64,000 nucleotides of DNA from Candidatus Omnitrophota bacterium (GCA_015233675.1 JADFXH010000005.1:16964-80963); one strand, 5' to 3'. Counted from the first letter of the stretch, positions 1 through 8,506 are shown. Translations and numbers: made by a program. The notes: generated by a model from the letters alone, not told the origin.

Positions 1-15
1 GGTGTAACTTATAAA

Positions 16-1011
16 TTGAAGGATGAGGTTGTTAATTTTATTATAAGCCAGAGGCATGGAAATGCTCTTTTTTCCTGTCGTCAACTGGCTGAAGCCGCTT
101 CGGAAAAATTCGGAGTACATCTTTCTAAATCATCGGTCCATGATGTTCTTAAAGAATCCGGTATTATAACGCCCCGGGGCCGTAAACCCAAAGACAAATT
201 TAAAATTCCGCAAGAGAAAAAGAAGCAAATCCAGGATAGTCTTACCAAGGTCAAGCTGTTTTCATCTCCCTCTGTGTTCAAGATCAATGAAAGTCCTCCC
301 CAAGAGCCCATTATTCTTCCTGAAAATATAAGCATGGAAATTTCGACTGATTATCAAGGCGCAGGAAGGATTTTTGTTAAGGCGGCGCTTTGGGATCTAG
401 GAATTTTTTCAGAGAACAACATTAAAGAAACGGATTGGAAGTATTATCTGACTTATTGTAAGGGCATCAAGGTGGTTTTAGAAAGCGACCAAAATATTTT
501 TATTAGCATGTCTCTGCCGATAGAAAGAGGTATTAGGGAAGCTACAGATGGGCTGGTCAATAATGTAATTCCTCTTATTGTTGACAAAATTTCTGATCAA
601 GAGCTTTTTAAGGCTTGTATGGATGTTCAGGAAGGGGCAAAAATACGTTCAGTGTCGATAGTGGATTATAAAGACCATATTATATTGGAATTAACAAATA
701 TAGTGGATAGAAAGAGAAGCTTTTTAAATAAAAATAGAATATTTGTGGAGAATTATGAAAGAAATTTTTTGGAAAGAGCAAAGTCGATATTTTTTCCACA
801 ACTTATTCATAATAATGATGTTATAGAAAATATATTGAATTTGAAAGGATTCGATAAAAGCAATAAACACGAAAATAATGTAAGCATATTAATTAATAAT
901 AATTATACTCATAAAATTTTAGCACAAGAAGCGGCTGAAAAATTAAATGGGATGTGTTTACGTGATGAACAAAATAGATTGGTGAGCGTAAAAATCCAGA
1001 TAATTGACTAA
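16..1011 (+). CDS. Hypothetical protein with N-terminal helix-turn-helix-like segment; possibly 5'-truncated by the window edge
   Basis: ORF track 16..1011. The listed start is a TTG and the frame is open back to nt 1, so the true start may lie upstream of the window. FSCRQLAEAASEKFGVHLSKSSVHDVLKESGI looks like an HTH and is followed by a Lys-rich linker (RGRKPKDKFKIPQEKKK). No catalytic motif recognised in the remainder. Confidence 0.5.
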   Translation: MKDEVVNFIISQRHGNALFSCRQLAEAASEKFGVHLSKSSVHDVLKESGIITPRGRKPKDKFKIPQEKKKQIQDSLTKVKLFSSPSVFKINESPPQEPIILPENISMEISTDYQGAGRIFVKAALWDLGIFSENNIKETDWKYYLTYCKGIKVVLESDQNIFISMSLPIERGIREATDGLVNNVIPLIVDKISDQELFKACMDVQEGAKIRSVSIVDYKDHIILELTNIVDRKRSFLNKNRIFVENYERNFLERAKSIFFPQLIHNNDVIENILNLKGFDKSNKHENNVSILINNNYTHKILAQEAAEKLNGMCLRDEQNRLVSVKIQIID

Positions 1012-1121
1012 AAAACTCGTTATTTCAGAGGCCTTTGTGTGTGCCGGAAAAACTTGTCATTTTGAGGAGTGATAGCTGCGAAGAACCTTAAAACGTCTTA
1101 AAACCCTTCGCCATAGATTTT

Positions 1122-1147
1122 GTCATTCCCGCGCAAGCGGGAATCCA
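1122..1147 (+). repeat. 26-nt palindromic REP-like element, copy 1 (GTCATTCCCGCGCAAGCGGGAATCCA); possible intrinsic terminator
   Basis: Stem TTCCCGC/GCGGGAA with a 4-nt loop, followed by CACTTTTAC. A near-identical copy (1 mismatch, in the loop) lies at 13455-13480 in the same orientation. Confidence 0.7.
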
Positions 1148-1212
1148 CTTTTACAAAACGACCTTTCATGTGACTCAGCCTGTAAACAAGTCCTAAATTT
1201 TTACCTGTTGAG

Positions 1213-1241
1213 TTGACAACCCCTATTATATATGGCATACT
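1213..1241 (+). promoter_or_regulatory. Candidate sigma70-type promoter of the flp/tad operon (TTGACA, 17-nt spacer, TGg-CATACT extended -10)
   Basis: TTGACA at 1213-1218; TG at 1233-1234; CATACT at 1236-1241. The 15-mer around the -10 matches the motif upstream of the giant gene at 14101-14115 in 14/15 positions. It would give a ~140-nt structured leader before the first pilin gene. Confidence 0.4.
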
Positions 1242-1389
1242 TTCATTAAGTAACGGTAAAATGTATTAACAGCCCCTTTGAGGGCTTTTACATAAATGAA
1301 AGACCCTGAACATTTTTACTGTTCCTCGCTCCTGAATTTTTGAAGGGGGAAGGGTCTAATTAATCTTCTGGCATGTAAGGTGAAGGGCG

Positions 1390-1545
1390 ATGATCCAAAA
1401 ATTAAGAAATAAGAAGGCTCAAAATCTTATCGAATACTCGATCGTCGTTGCCTTAATCTCAGCGGCAGTGGCCGCTTTGAGCACCTACGTGTTTAGGTCA
1501 GTGCAAGCACAACAGAAGATAATTACTGAGGCTTCTCAAAACTAA
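1390..1545 (+). CDS. flp: Flp-family prepilin paralog 1 (51 aa; missing from the ORF track because <60 aa)
   Basis: ATG 1390 preceded by AAGGTGAAGGG; stop TAA 1543-1545. MIQKLRNKKA-QNLIEY-SIVVALISAAVAAL gives a short basic leader, a [G/A]-x4-EY motif and a hydrophobic helix, as in Flp pilins. Confidence 0.75.
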   Translation: MIQKLRNKKAQNLIEYSIVVALISAAVAALSTYVFRSVQAQQKIITEASQN

Positions 1546-1571
1546 AGAATTTCGCATTTTAGGAGAAAACT

Positions 1572-1760
1572 ATGCATATAAAGAATAAAAGAGGTCAAAG
1601 CACAGTGGAGTACATTTTGCTTGTGACCGCAGTAGTGGGCGTTGTAATTGCCTTTGTGGCAAGCGGGAATAGTCCATTTCAGACACAGCTTAATGGGACT
1701 TTAAACACAGTTACACAAACAATGAATACCATGGCAAACGTATTTGCATCATCGCACTAG
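1572..1760 (+). CDS. flp: Flp-family prepilin paralog 2 (62 aa)
   Basis: ORF track. SD AGGAG 6 nt upstream. MHIKNKRG-QSTVEY-ILLVTAVVGVVIAF has the G-x4-EY Flp motif. GQSTVEYILLVTAVV is identical to paralog 5. Confidence 0.85.
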   Translation: MHIKNKRGQSTVEYILLVTAVVGVVIAFVASGNSPFQTQLNGTLNTVTQTMNTMANVFASSH

Positions 1761-1878
1761 AGCGAGTAATTTATGAGGTAGTTAAAAATATAAATCTTAC
1801 GAATTAACATGGTCCCTCTTAAGCCGCTAGCGCATTCTGCGGGGCAGGCAATCAGCGGGGCCCAGAAGGAGAGAATAA

Positions 1879-2220
1879 ATGTTAAGAAACTTCCTTAAAA
1901 ACAGAAAAGCACAAAATACCGCGGAATACGCGCTTTTGATCGCCCTGGTGGTTGCTGGAGTCATTGCCATGCAGACCTATGCCCAGCGCGCTCTCCAAGC
2001 TCGTATTCATGATGCATCCCATTATATGGCAAGCGAAACGAACGCTATAGGTGCCAATACGCAGTATGAGCCGTATTATATGGTTAGCAATTATAGTGTG
2101 AATTCCGAAAGTAATGAAACAAAATATTCCGATAACACGACGTTAGGAGATAATTCTACGAGTAACCGCGGCAGGGTTGGTTACCAGAACGTCACCTATA
2201 ACGGTACTAGCGCAGACTAA
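1879..2220 (+). CDS. Flp-like prepilin paralog 3 (113 aa, extended Asn/Ser/Thr-rich C-terminus)
   Basis: SD AAGGAG 7 nt upstream. NRKA-QNTAEY-ALLIALVVAGVIAM. Shares QR[AS]LQARIH and YEPYY motifs with paralog 6. Confidence 0.8.
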   Translation: MLRNFLKNRKAQNTAEYALLIALVVAGVIAMQTYAQRALQARIHDASHYMASETNAIGANTQYEPYYMVSNYSVNSESNETKYSDNTTLGDNSTSNRGRVGYQNVTYNGTSAD

Positions 2221-2245
2221 ACACAATTTTAATGGACTATTATAA

Positions 2246-2269
2246 GCCGCCGCGTAAATTTGCGACGGC
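2246..2269 (+). terminator. Intercistronic stem-loop between pilin paralogs 3 and 4
   Basis: GCCGCCGC (2246-2253) pairs with GCGACGGC (2262-2269), 8 bp with one mismatch and an 8-nt loop, immediately before the SD of the next gene. No T-run, so more likely an mRNA processing or stability element than a full terminator. Confidence 0.3.
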
Positions 2270-2284
2270 GAGGAGGAAAAGATT

Positions 2285-2608
2285 ATGTTGCAATATCTTA
2301 ATCAAAAACGAGGGCAAAGTACGCTGGAATATGCGGTGCTGGTAGTTGTTATTATCGGCGCTTTGCTGAGCATCCAGGTGTATCTCAAACGCGGCATACA
2401 GGGACGCTTGAGAAGTTCCGCGGATGATATCGGTGATCAGTATTCTGCGGGGAATATGAATGAGGTTAAAACAACATTCAGGGCCAGCAATACGCAGGAG
2501 ACTTTTAATGCTGGAAATTCATCAACTAATACAATAAATGAATGGACCAATACTGAAAGCAACAGCTCAATTCTCAATATGACCCAGGAGAATTGGGGAA
2601 AATCATAA
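2285..2608 (+). CDS. Flp-like prepilin paralog 4 (107 aa)
   Basis: SD AGGAGG 8 nt upstream. QKRG-QSTLEY-AVLVVVIIGALLSI. Shares Y[LV]KRGIQGR..S..DD[IM]GDQY with paralog 8. Confidence 0.8.
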   Translation: MLQYLNQKRGQSTLEYAVLVVVIIGALLSIQVYLKRGIQGRLRSSADDIGDQYSAGNMNEVKTTFRASNTQETFNAGNSSTNTINEWTNTESNSSILNMTQENWGKS

Positions 2609-2619
2609 GGGGGTTTAAG

Positions 2620-2660
2620 CCTTTGACTTCACTCAGGATTGCCCTGAGTGGGGTCAAAGG
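2620..2660 (+). terminator. Strong intercistronic hairpin after pilin paralog 4 (possible attenuator or partial terminator)
   Basis: CCTTTGAC (2620-2627) pairs with GTCAAAGG (2653-2660), and ACTCAGG (2631-2637) pairs with CCTGAGT (2643-2649). That is 15 bp in total with a 3x3 internal loop and a 5-nt loop. The following sequence GTTAATATTT is only weakly T-rich. Confidence 0.35.
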
Positions 2661-2786
2661 GTTAATATTTAAGGAAAACCCGTTATGCAAAGGCAATATG
2701 ATGTAAGGAGCAACGAACTCCCCCTGCTTCCTCTTTATAAAAATGAGGGGGTAGGGGGAGTTCATATTTTACAAAAGGACAAATGC

Positions 2787-2975
2787 ATGTGCGCACATAA
2801 AGGTCAAAGCACGGTGGAATATATCTTGCTCGTCACGGCGGTGGTCATGGTAGTGGTCATGTTTACGGTAGGCAGCGGAAGCCTCTTTCAGCAGCGGCTC
2901 AATAGCGTGTTTAATACGACCACACAGGACATGCTAAATGTAGCCTCTTACTTGCAGCAAAATGCTGCGCCGTGA
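2787..2975 (+). CDS. flp: Flp-family prepilin paralog 5 (62 aa; track ORF 2685..2975 trimmed to an internal ATG)
   Basis: ATG 2787 preceded by AAAGGA. MCAHKG-QSTVEY-ILLVTAVVMVVVMF aligns along its whole length with paralog 2. The 34 upstream codons of the track ORF have no pilin-like or SD support. Confidence 0.75.
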   Translation: MCAHKGQSTVEYILLVTAVVMVVVMFTVGSGSLFQQRLNSVFNTTTQDMLNVASYLQQNAAP

Positions 2976-3037
2976 AAGGGCGTTGGCCCGACCTAATCAA
3001 TGGAAAGGCTAGTGGAATTATATGAAAGGATATGGTC

Positions 3038-3454
3038 ATGAATAACAAGGGTCAGGCAGTCATGGCGGAGTATGTGATGATTTTTTTTGTCACGATCGCG
3101 GCCCTGACAGGCATGACCACATTGATACAGCGCTCGCTTCAGGCACGCATTCACGAAGGCAGGAATTTTTTGATAGCATCGGTGGCAAACAGCAGTGTAT
3201 GTGATGTCAACTGTTTGGCCGCCACCGGAGGCAGCATTGCGTATGAGTACGAGCCGTATTATTCACAAGTAGTTTCGGATGTTGCGCACAATGGCCAGGA
3301 AAATGCAGTGGCAACAAAAGGCAGCCCGCAGGCGATAGGAGCCATTTACCTCAAATCTTTAAATGACAGGGTCCAAACCGTAACGAACAGCGTACAACTG
3401 TCTCCGGGATGTGCCGATGGGGCCTCCCCGAGGCCGTCGTATTGTCCTAGCTGA
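3038..3454 (+). CDS. Flp-like prepilin paralog 6 (138 aa; start may be 3032)
   Basis: AAAGGA at 3025-3030 is 7 nt from ATG 3038 and only 1 nt from ATG 3032. MNNKG-QAVMAEY-VMIFFVTIAALTGM has five residues between G and EY instead of four. The C-terminus ends with SPRPSYCPS, a motif also present in the 768-aa TadG-like protein. Confidence 0.7.
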   Translation: MNNKGQAVMAEYVMIFFVTIAALTGMTTLIQRSLQARIHEGRNFLIASVANSSVCDVNCLAATGGSIAYEYEPYYSQVVSDVAHNGQENAVATKGSPQAIGAIYLKSLNDRVQTVTNSVQLSPGCADGASPRPSYCPS

Positions 3455-3469
3455 GAAGGAAGAATAAAG

Positions 3470-3829
3470 ATGCTTGCAAACCGAGGACAGTCCATATTGG
3501 AATACACCATGATCATCGGGATTATTGTAGTGGTGCTTTCCTATATGGGAACAAGCATCAAGCGTGGCACGCAAAGCCTGATAAAGGTTGCGGCAGATCA
3601 GGTAGGAAACCAGCAGAACGCGGAACAGGATTTTAATGACACCCAACAAGGGTATATGGTGGGATCGAACACACAAACGTTTGAAAATAACAATAAACAG
3701 GTTACGGAAACAGGGTATATGCCGGCATCGGGCAACGCGGTATATATAAGCAATACGAGTTTCAATGAGTCAGCCTACACAGTGTCAAATACCATCACTA
3801 ACGCAGGATTCGTTCCGGGCAGCCAATAA
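3470..3829 (+). CDS. Flp-like prepilin paralog 7 (119 aa)
   Basis: SD GAAGGAAG upstream. MLANRG-QSILEY-TMIIGIIVVVLSYM. IKRGTQSLIKVAADQVGNQ is related to the paralog 4/8 motif. Confidence 0.8.
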   Translation: MLANRGQSILEYTMIIGIIVVVLSYMGTSIKRGTQSLIKVAADQVGNQQNAEQDFNDTQQGYMVGSNTQTFENNNKQVTETGYMPASGNAVYISNTSFNESAYTVSNTITNAGFVPGSQ

Positions 3830-3841
3830 GGGATAAAGTTT

Positions 3842-4159
3842 ATGCAGAATAGAAAAGGACAATCGATTTTAGAATATACGGTGATCCTGATCATTATTTT
3901 AGGCGTTATGATTACTATGAAGGATTATGTCAAACGAGGCATTCAGGGCCGCTGGAAATCAGCGACGGATGATATGGGCGACCAGTATGACCCGCAGAGC
4001 GTTAATTCCAGTATCGTTTATGCGACACAGAGCAATGGGCTATCCATCGTCACGGTCGAAAACGGGAGCTCTGCCAGCGTCTGCGGACAATGGACAAACA
4101 GGGTTGATACATCGAATTCTTTGGAAACGAAAACAGGCTACACACAGATAGGAAGCTGA
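3842..4159 (+). CDS. Flp-like prepilin paralog 8 (105 aa)
   Basis: SD AAGGGA upstream. MQNRKG-QSILEY-TVILIIILGVMITM. The stop TGA overlaps the next ATG (TGATG at 4157-4161), suggesting translational coupling. Confidence 0.8.
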   Translation: MQNRKGQSILEYTVILIIILGVMITMKDYVKRGIQGRWKSATDDMGDQYDPQSVNSSIVYATQSNGLSIVTVENGSSASVCGQWTNRVDTSNSLETKTGYTQIGS

Positions 4160-5928
4160 TGTTTAAGGTAGATCCAAAAAAAGCACAAGCAGTTACTGAG
4201 CTTGCGGTTTTCGGAGCGGTCCTGATTTTTCTTATAGGTACGATCGTGCGGACTGCCGTTGGCAACAGCTATGTGCAAAACCAGAATTTTAAAGCCATGC
4301 GCATGGCAATGCTGGCTTCCTGGAATGATTCCAAGGCTAACCCTAATAGTTTGACCCAAGTTACCGCCCACAATAGCGGTTCAGTTCTTTTTGTCGAAGA
4401 CAGGCTTTCTCCTGACTCGAATAAGTACGGAGACCTCGACCGAACTCCTTATATTGCCCAAGGATCAGGGACTTTTTCATATAATTTGATGTATCCTGTT
4501 GATCAGGGCGATGTGAACGCGAATTTGCCGATCATGGATGTATATATTAATGGACAGCATTTTCCTTTTGCTACGGCATCATTTGTTAAAAATCAGCCAA
4601 TCACACGTCCTGCCGACTGCGGGTATGCCGGAGGCGGTCCCTATACGCCATCTGTGACTCAGCCGATGCTTACCCCTCAACAGTGCCTGCAGAATCAATG
4701 CCTTCGCCAGCAAAGAGAATGGGCCGGAGGGACTGTTAGAGTAAGTTCTTTTGATTCTATAATACCGGTAACAGGCGCGACAGCACCTCTAAGAACGCTT
4801 CAAGCCCAAAACAATGCCTGTACAATTTTTTCAGGTCTGGCTCAAGCTCAGATTTTTTCACCCAACCCAATTGCCAACCCTGGCTATCTTTGCCAGTCCA
4901 CGACTTTTGGTAAAATCAATCCGGATTGGAGTTCTCATTGGAGCGCGTTTGTTTCATTCTTTCCAACGGTATTTCCCAGCATTACTCCCCAAGAGGCTAG
5001 TTCGTATGAAAGCGCAATTAAACAAATTTTGCAAGGCGTTCATTATTCATATAAGTTATTTTATAATATGTCAGCTAATTTTGGGGGAAGTGGAGTTTCT
5101 ATAGTCGGGGCTCCGAGCGGAACGCCTTTGTTTTCCACGATCCCGCCAACCTGTTCATCTCACCCATGCAAGAATGCGGAATTATCAGCGGAGGTGGTTT
5201 TGACTAGTACGCTGACCAATGCTAATGCGGACATGCAGTTTGATCTTATGCGTAACGGAGATTATGCCACGGTAAAGAACCAACCTTCTTCTTCCCTTCG
5301 CCCATTCATGGCATGGCAATGGTATGCGACTGGCGCAACATCCGCAGACATGATAGGACTGGATGCTTCCAACAGTCAATATCCCCAATGGGACATTGAT
5401 GGCAGATTAAAAGAGGTGACTGTTTATAATATCTCGAATTCAAACGGGGCAACAACTGTTGATTATGAGGATCCGGATGGAGGGGACATCGATGGAGGCT
5501 GGGACGTTAACTCGTGTACTCCTAAACCCGGACTTCAGACCCCTTCTGAGATTCTCACCTTTACTCAGGGAGGCACTTATTTACAGATCAAAGAAGGGAA
5601 ACTATACAATCCTGAAACCGGCCAGGTAGTGCGAAGTGCCAACAAACGCAACAATCTGGATATAATACAGAGAACCATTCAATTAAGTAATAATACCGGG
5701 CGGTTTTGCACGACGACATCCCCCACAAAACTTTGTGCCTCGGGCTGCGCGAACCCCAATCCGGTGGAAGTTTGCGTTGACGCAAGCGGCAGTTGCTTTT
5801 CGTCGGATAATATTGCCAAGACATGCTACGATATCGCAAAGAACATGATTTTTGTCCGCAGCCGTCTTCAAGATCTGCGGGGGACATCTTGGATAACGCG
5901 CACAGGGGGACAATTACAGGTGCATTGA
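4159..5928 (+). CDS. Large TadE/TadG-like pseudopilin (589 aa)
   Basis: N-terminus KKA-QAVTEL-AVFGAVLIFLIGTIV is prepilin-like, followed by NQNFKAMRMAMLAS, which resembles the TadG-type helix. The large Cys-containing extracellular part has no recognised domain. Start and stop are both coupled to neighbouring genes by 1-nt overlaps. Confidence 0.6.
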   Translation: MFKVDPKKAQAVTELAVFGAVLIFLIGTIVRTAVGNSYVQNQNFKAMRMAMLASWNDSKANPNSLTQVTAHNSGSVLFVEDRLSPDSNKYGDLDRTPYIAQGSGTFSYNLMYPVDQGDVNANLPIMDVYINGQHFPFATASFVKNQPITRPADCGYAGGGPYTPSVTQPMLTPQQCLQNQCLRQQREWAGGTVRVSSFDSIIPVTGATAPLRTLQAQNNACTIFSGLAQAQIFSPNPIANPGYLCQSTTFGKINPDWSSHWSAFVSFFPTVFPSITPQEASSYESAIKQILQGVHYSYKLFYNMSANFGGSGVSIVGAPSGTPLFSTIPPTCSSHPCKNAELSAEVVLTSTLTNANADMQFDLMRNGDYATVKNQPSSSLRPFMAWQWYATGATSADMIGLDASNSQYPQWDIDGRLKEVTVYNISNSNGATTVDYEDPDGGDIDGGWDVNSCTPKPGLQTPSEILTFTQGGTYLQIKEGKLYNPETGQVVRSANKRNNLDIIQRTIQLSNNTGRFCTTTSPTKLCASGCANPNPVEVCVDASGSCFSSDNIAKTCYDIAKNMIFVRSRLQDLRGTSWITRTGGQLQVH

Positions 5929-6203
5929 TGAACTTACGTGAAAATATAAAAGCGCAGTCGACGATAGAATTCACTTTCGCGATGATTGTCGTCATGTTTT
6001 TAATCTTCGGACTGGTGATGGTCTTTCGTTGGACAGGCATGGACTTGGCCAGCCGGCGTGTGACACAGGACATTACGTTAACAACGAATCCAGAGCCTAC
6101 AAAAGGGGACCCGTCATCACAACTGAGTACCGGTGACGACGTGATTTTGCCGATTGCCGCGGTTTATCACGGAAGCATTACTAACGGGGACACAGGCCCA
6201 TGA
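5928..6203 (+). CDS. TadE-like minor pilin (91 aa; track ORF 5823..6203 trimmed)
   Basis: ATG 5928 overlaps the upstream stop (TGATG). MNLRENIKA-QSTIEF-TFAMIVVMFLIFGLVMVF matches the TadE-like N-terminal pattern. The ATGA overlap at 6200-6203 couples it to the next gene. Confidence 0.65.
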   Translation: MNLRENIKAQSTIEFTFAMIVVMFLIFGLVMVFRWTGMDLASRRVTQDITLTTNPEPTKGDPSSQLSTGDDVILPIAAVYHGSITNGDTGP

Positions 6204-8506
6204 TTAAAAAGAGCACAAAAGGGCAAACAGCGTTGATTTTGATTTTATTGACAGCAACGGCGCTGATTTTTCTTGCCATCACTTTAAACTGGGGAAGGAT
6301 TGCCCAGACAAAGACCATGTTGACCATCGCGGCCAACCAATCCGCCTCGTTGATGGCTTCAAACGTGGCAAGCTATGGTCAGGAGCTCAAACAGACGAAC
6401 CTGCAAGATACCAATGAGTTCTCATATACGACTTCTGTTTTTCTTGCGCTTGTTTATTTGTTGATAGCGATTATAGCGGTTATTGTGACTCAAGGAGCGG
6501 CGCTTGCGACGCTGGGCCTTTATTTAGCGATAGCCACTCTTGCTCTTCAGGTTGTCGTGATCCAGCCTATGATAACCAGTCTTTGGAACAGATTACAGGT
6601 GGGACAGCCGATCCAACAGCAGTTTTATGAGGGAGGAGTTGCCTCGGCCATTCAAGGTGCTGTTACAGATCAGGTTACCATTTCTGACTATTTTGACTGG
6701 AATGCCAACGGCAGGTATGGGACAGGGGCAACAAATCCTTCTAATGACACTGTCAGCCGGTTTGCGGTTTTTTATACTGATCGTCTCAAAATGTTAAACA
6801 AAGGATATATTCCTCAGGTGGTTCTTTTTTATAATCAACTGAAAGAATTCATGAGCGGAGCAACGTGCCTGCAGAATTATACGGATAATCAAACAAGTGC
6901 AATACCGATTAATTCGAGCTGTATTGATCCCGGATCAGGCAAGAGTTATTGCGCCGCGAATTCTTCAGACCCTGCTTGTACACAGAAAATCCCCAGTCTT
7001 ATAACATGCACACAAAACGCGTATGAGAACAGCTTAGATTCAACAATTCCGCTTAACTTTTTCTGTCCGGCTGATTGTCTTTCTTCTTCTCCCGCAAATC
7101 CAACCGCCTGTAAATTGTTAGTCTCAAATGCGGCTAGTTTTCAATTAAGTGACCCATGCACAGATTCGGACAGTTCTCTTCCCACATATAACCCTTATTG
7201 CGACCCATGCTGTCAGACTGATACTGCGGCTAATAATACTAAGTCTCCGCGGCCGTCTTATTGTCCTCAGACAGGGGTCCCTGGACAATGTAAAACAAAT
7301 AATCCCTACGGAAGCAGTTATCCATATATTTATGACCCATCCTATCAGGAGTACGCCAACGGGGTGTCCTTTTTGGATCAGTTCGGCCGTGACGAACAAA
7401 AACTGCCGTCTAGCCCTCCGTTCCAGCCATTGCCCGGTATGAACCCCATCGGAAATCCGCAATTCCCTAACGGCATCTATCCATTATTTTGGCTGTTAAA
7501 GGACTATAGTCCGCAAGCAGATAACATTGATCCGGCTTCAGCAACTTGTCCCAGCGGAGGGCAGGACCACTGGTGTGTAGCAGGCACTTATAATAGCGGC
7601 ACGTGCATTATACCTCCGGCACCTGTTCCGGCAGGGTTTACAGATTTGACCCAGCTAGGACAATCTTCTTTCAGTCTGCCGTACTCTTGCACAGGAAAAA
7701 ACTGCTGTGTTGATTCTCTCATGAGCAGTGTTTCGACGTCCGCAAATACGGCAAATATAAATATAACGATTGGCACAGCGCTGCCGGTGGTCACGATAAG
7801 TGATCCGAAGCCAGCTCCTGCCTCCTATGTTGCTGGCGGGGCGTTTCCTCTATCTGCTACTGTTACAGAGCCCTCCGGCATCATTAGCAGTGTCGTCTTA
7901 ACAATCAACGGGAACACTTTAAATCCCAGCTCCTATACTTGGGGGCAGGCAGCACCAGGACAATATTCTATTCAGGCAGTAAACCCCGTCGTCGGATTCC
8001 CGATTCCTTCCTGTGATAGTAGTACTAGTACAGATACAGGAGGATCGTATACCCTATCGGTTACCGCCACAGATGCGGCAGGGATTCAAGGGAACGGATC
8101 AGTTACAATAACAATTAGTGCTGATCCCGCGACTTGCGCCGGCCCGAGTGGGTTTAATTGCGGTACTGACAAGTGCGGAGTATCTTGCGGGATATGTGCT
8201 GCTTCTGCGTCGTGCATCAGCAGCTCCCCCGGAATGCCCGGGAAGTGTTGTCTTACTGCCTGTCCCGCTGGCGATAACTGTGGCTCCATTCCAGATGGCT
8301 GTGGAAACACGATTACATGTCCTCCAGATAACTGTAGCAGTGGGAACCAAAAGTGTACTAGTAATGTGTGTACTTGCGCGCCGAATACCTGCCCGGCTGG
8401 AAATACCGGAGATGCTTGTGGCAGTTTGTCAGATGGCTGTTTAGGTACAATGACTTGCGGCTGTTTACCGACGCATGTGTGTGGCGCTTCGAACACATGT
8501 TCGTAG
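6200..8506 (+). CDS. TadG-like pilus protein with Ig-like region and C-terminal DGCG-type cysteine-rich repeats (768 aa)
   Basis: N-terminus KG-QTALILILLTATALIFLAITLNWGRIAQTKTMLTIAANQSASLMAS resembles the TadG/Tad N-terminal domain. An Ig-like beta-rich stretch lies at ~7790-8130 (YTLSVTATDAAGIQGNGSVTITI). Cys-rich repeats lie at ~8135-8503 (CPAGDNCGSIPDGCGNTITC and CPAGNTGDACGSLSDGCLGTMTC). Confidence 0.6.
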   Translation: MIKKSTKGQTALILILLTATALIFLAITLNWGRIAQTKTMLTIAANQSASLMASNVASYGQELKQTNLQDTNEFSYTTSVFLALVYLLIAIIAVIVTQGAALATLGLYLAIATLALQVVVIQPMITSLWNRLQVGQPIQQQFYEGGVASAIQGAVTDQVTISDYFDWNANGRYGTGATNPSNDTVSRFAVFYTDRLKMLNKGYIPQVVLFYNQLKEFMSGATCLQNYTDNQTSAIPINSSCIDPGSGKSYCAANSSDPACTQKIPSLITCTQNAYENSLDSTIPLNFFCPADCLSSSPANPTACKLLVSNAASFQLSDPCTDSDSSLPTYNPYCDPCCQTDTAANNTKSPRPSYCPQTGVPGQCKTNNPYGSSYPYIYDPSYQEYANGVSFLDQFGRDEQKLPSSPPFQPLPGMNPIGNPQFPNGIYPLFWLLKDYSPQADNIDPASATCPSGGQDHWCVAGTYNSGTCIIPPAPVPAGFTDLTQLGQSSFSLPYSCTGKNCCVDSLMSSVSTSANTANINITIGTALPVVTISDPKPAPASYVAGGAFPLSATVTEPSGIISSVVLTINGNTLNPSSYTWGQAAPGQYSIQAVNPVVGFPIPSCDSSTSTDTGGSYTLSVTATDAAGIQGNGSVTITISADPATCAGPSGFNCGTDKCGVSCGICAASASCISSSPGMPGKCCLTACPAGDNCGSIPDGCGNTITCPPDNCSSGNQKCTSNVCTCAPNTCPAGNTGDACGSLSDGCLGTMTCGCLPTHVCGASNTCS

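Noticed and set aside
16-1011. Calling the first gene a transposase or IS element, because of the HTH N-terminus and a segment (DYQGAGRIFVKAALWDLGIF) faintly reminiscent of some DDE transposase N-terminal regions.
   Set aside because: I could recognise no DDE or other catalytic motif, saw no inverted repeats, and the protein is short. The evidence is insufficient, so it is kept as hypothetical.
1296-1343. 15-codon mini-ORF (MKDPEHFYCSSLLNF) and the AGACCCT/AGGGTCT long-range pairing (1301-1307 with 1351-1357) in the flp leader, as a leader-peptide attenuator or riboswitch.
   Set aside because: It has no SD, no recognisable riboswitch consensus, and the pairing is only 7 bp. It is noted as a possibly structured 5' UTR, but the evidence is too weak to call.
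2685-2786. 5' extension of the track ORF 2685..2975 (MQRQYDVRSNELPLLPLYKNEG...).
   Set aside because: The extension overlaps the strong hairpin region, has no SD and no pilin-like features. The internal ATG at 2787 has an AAAGGA SD and yields a protein collinear with paralog 2.
3081-3088. Homopolymer tracts as phase-variation switches: T8 inside pilin paralog 6 (codons ATT TTT TTT GTC) and G9 at 13719-13727 in the spacer.
   Set aside because: T8 arises naturally from Phe-Phe codons in a hydrophobic helix. The G9 tract is ~360 nt upstream of the candidate -35 box and not within a promoter spacer or ORF. Without population-level length variation there is no evidence of switching.
3927-4371. 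Overlapping ORFs 3927..4151 (+), 4050..4265 (-) and 4138..4371 (-) within or around pilin paralog 8 and the 589-aa gene.
   Set aside because: They are off-frame or antisense to well-supported pilin-like genes, Arg/Ser-rich, and lack start context.
5823-5927. 5' extension of track ORF 5823..6203, overlapping the end of the 589-aa gene.
   Set aside because: ATG 5928 forms a TGATG coupling overlap with the upstream stop and starts directly at the TadE-like leader. The extension would be a 105-nt out-of-frame overlap with no support.
8086-8496. 136-aa minus ORF and the + ORFs 8118..8444 and 8368..8562 over the Cys-rich C-terminus of the TadG-like gene.
   Set aside because: The locally GC-rich, repeat-like Cys/Gly/Pro coding sequence leaves alternative frames open. 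The frame of 6200..8506 gives a coherent repeated CPAG...DGCG pattern, while the others do not.
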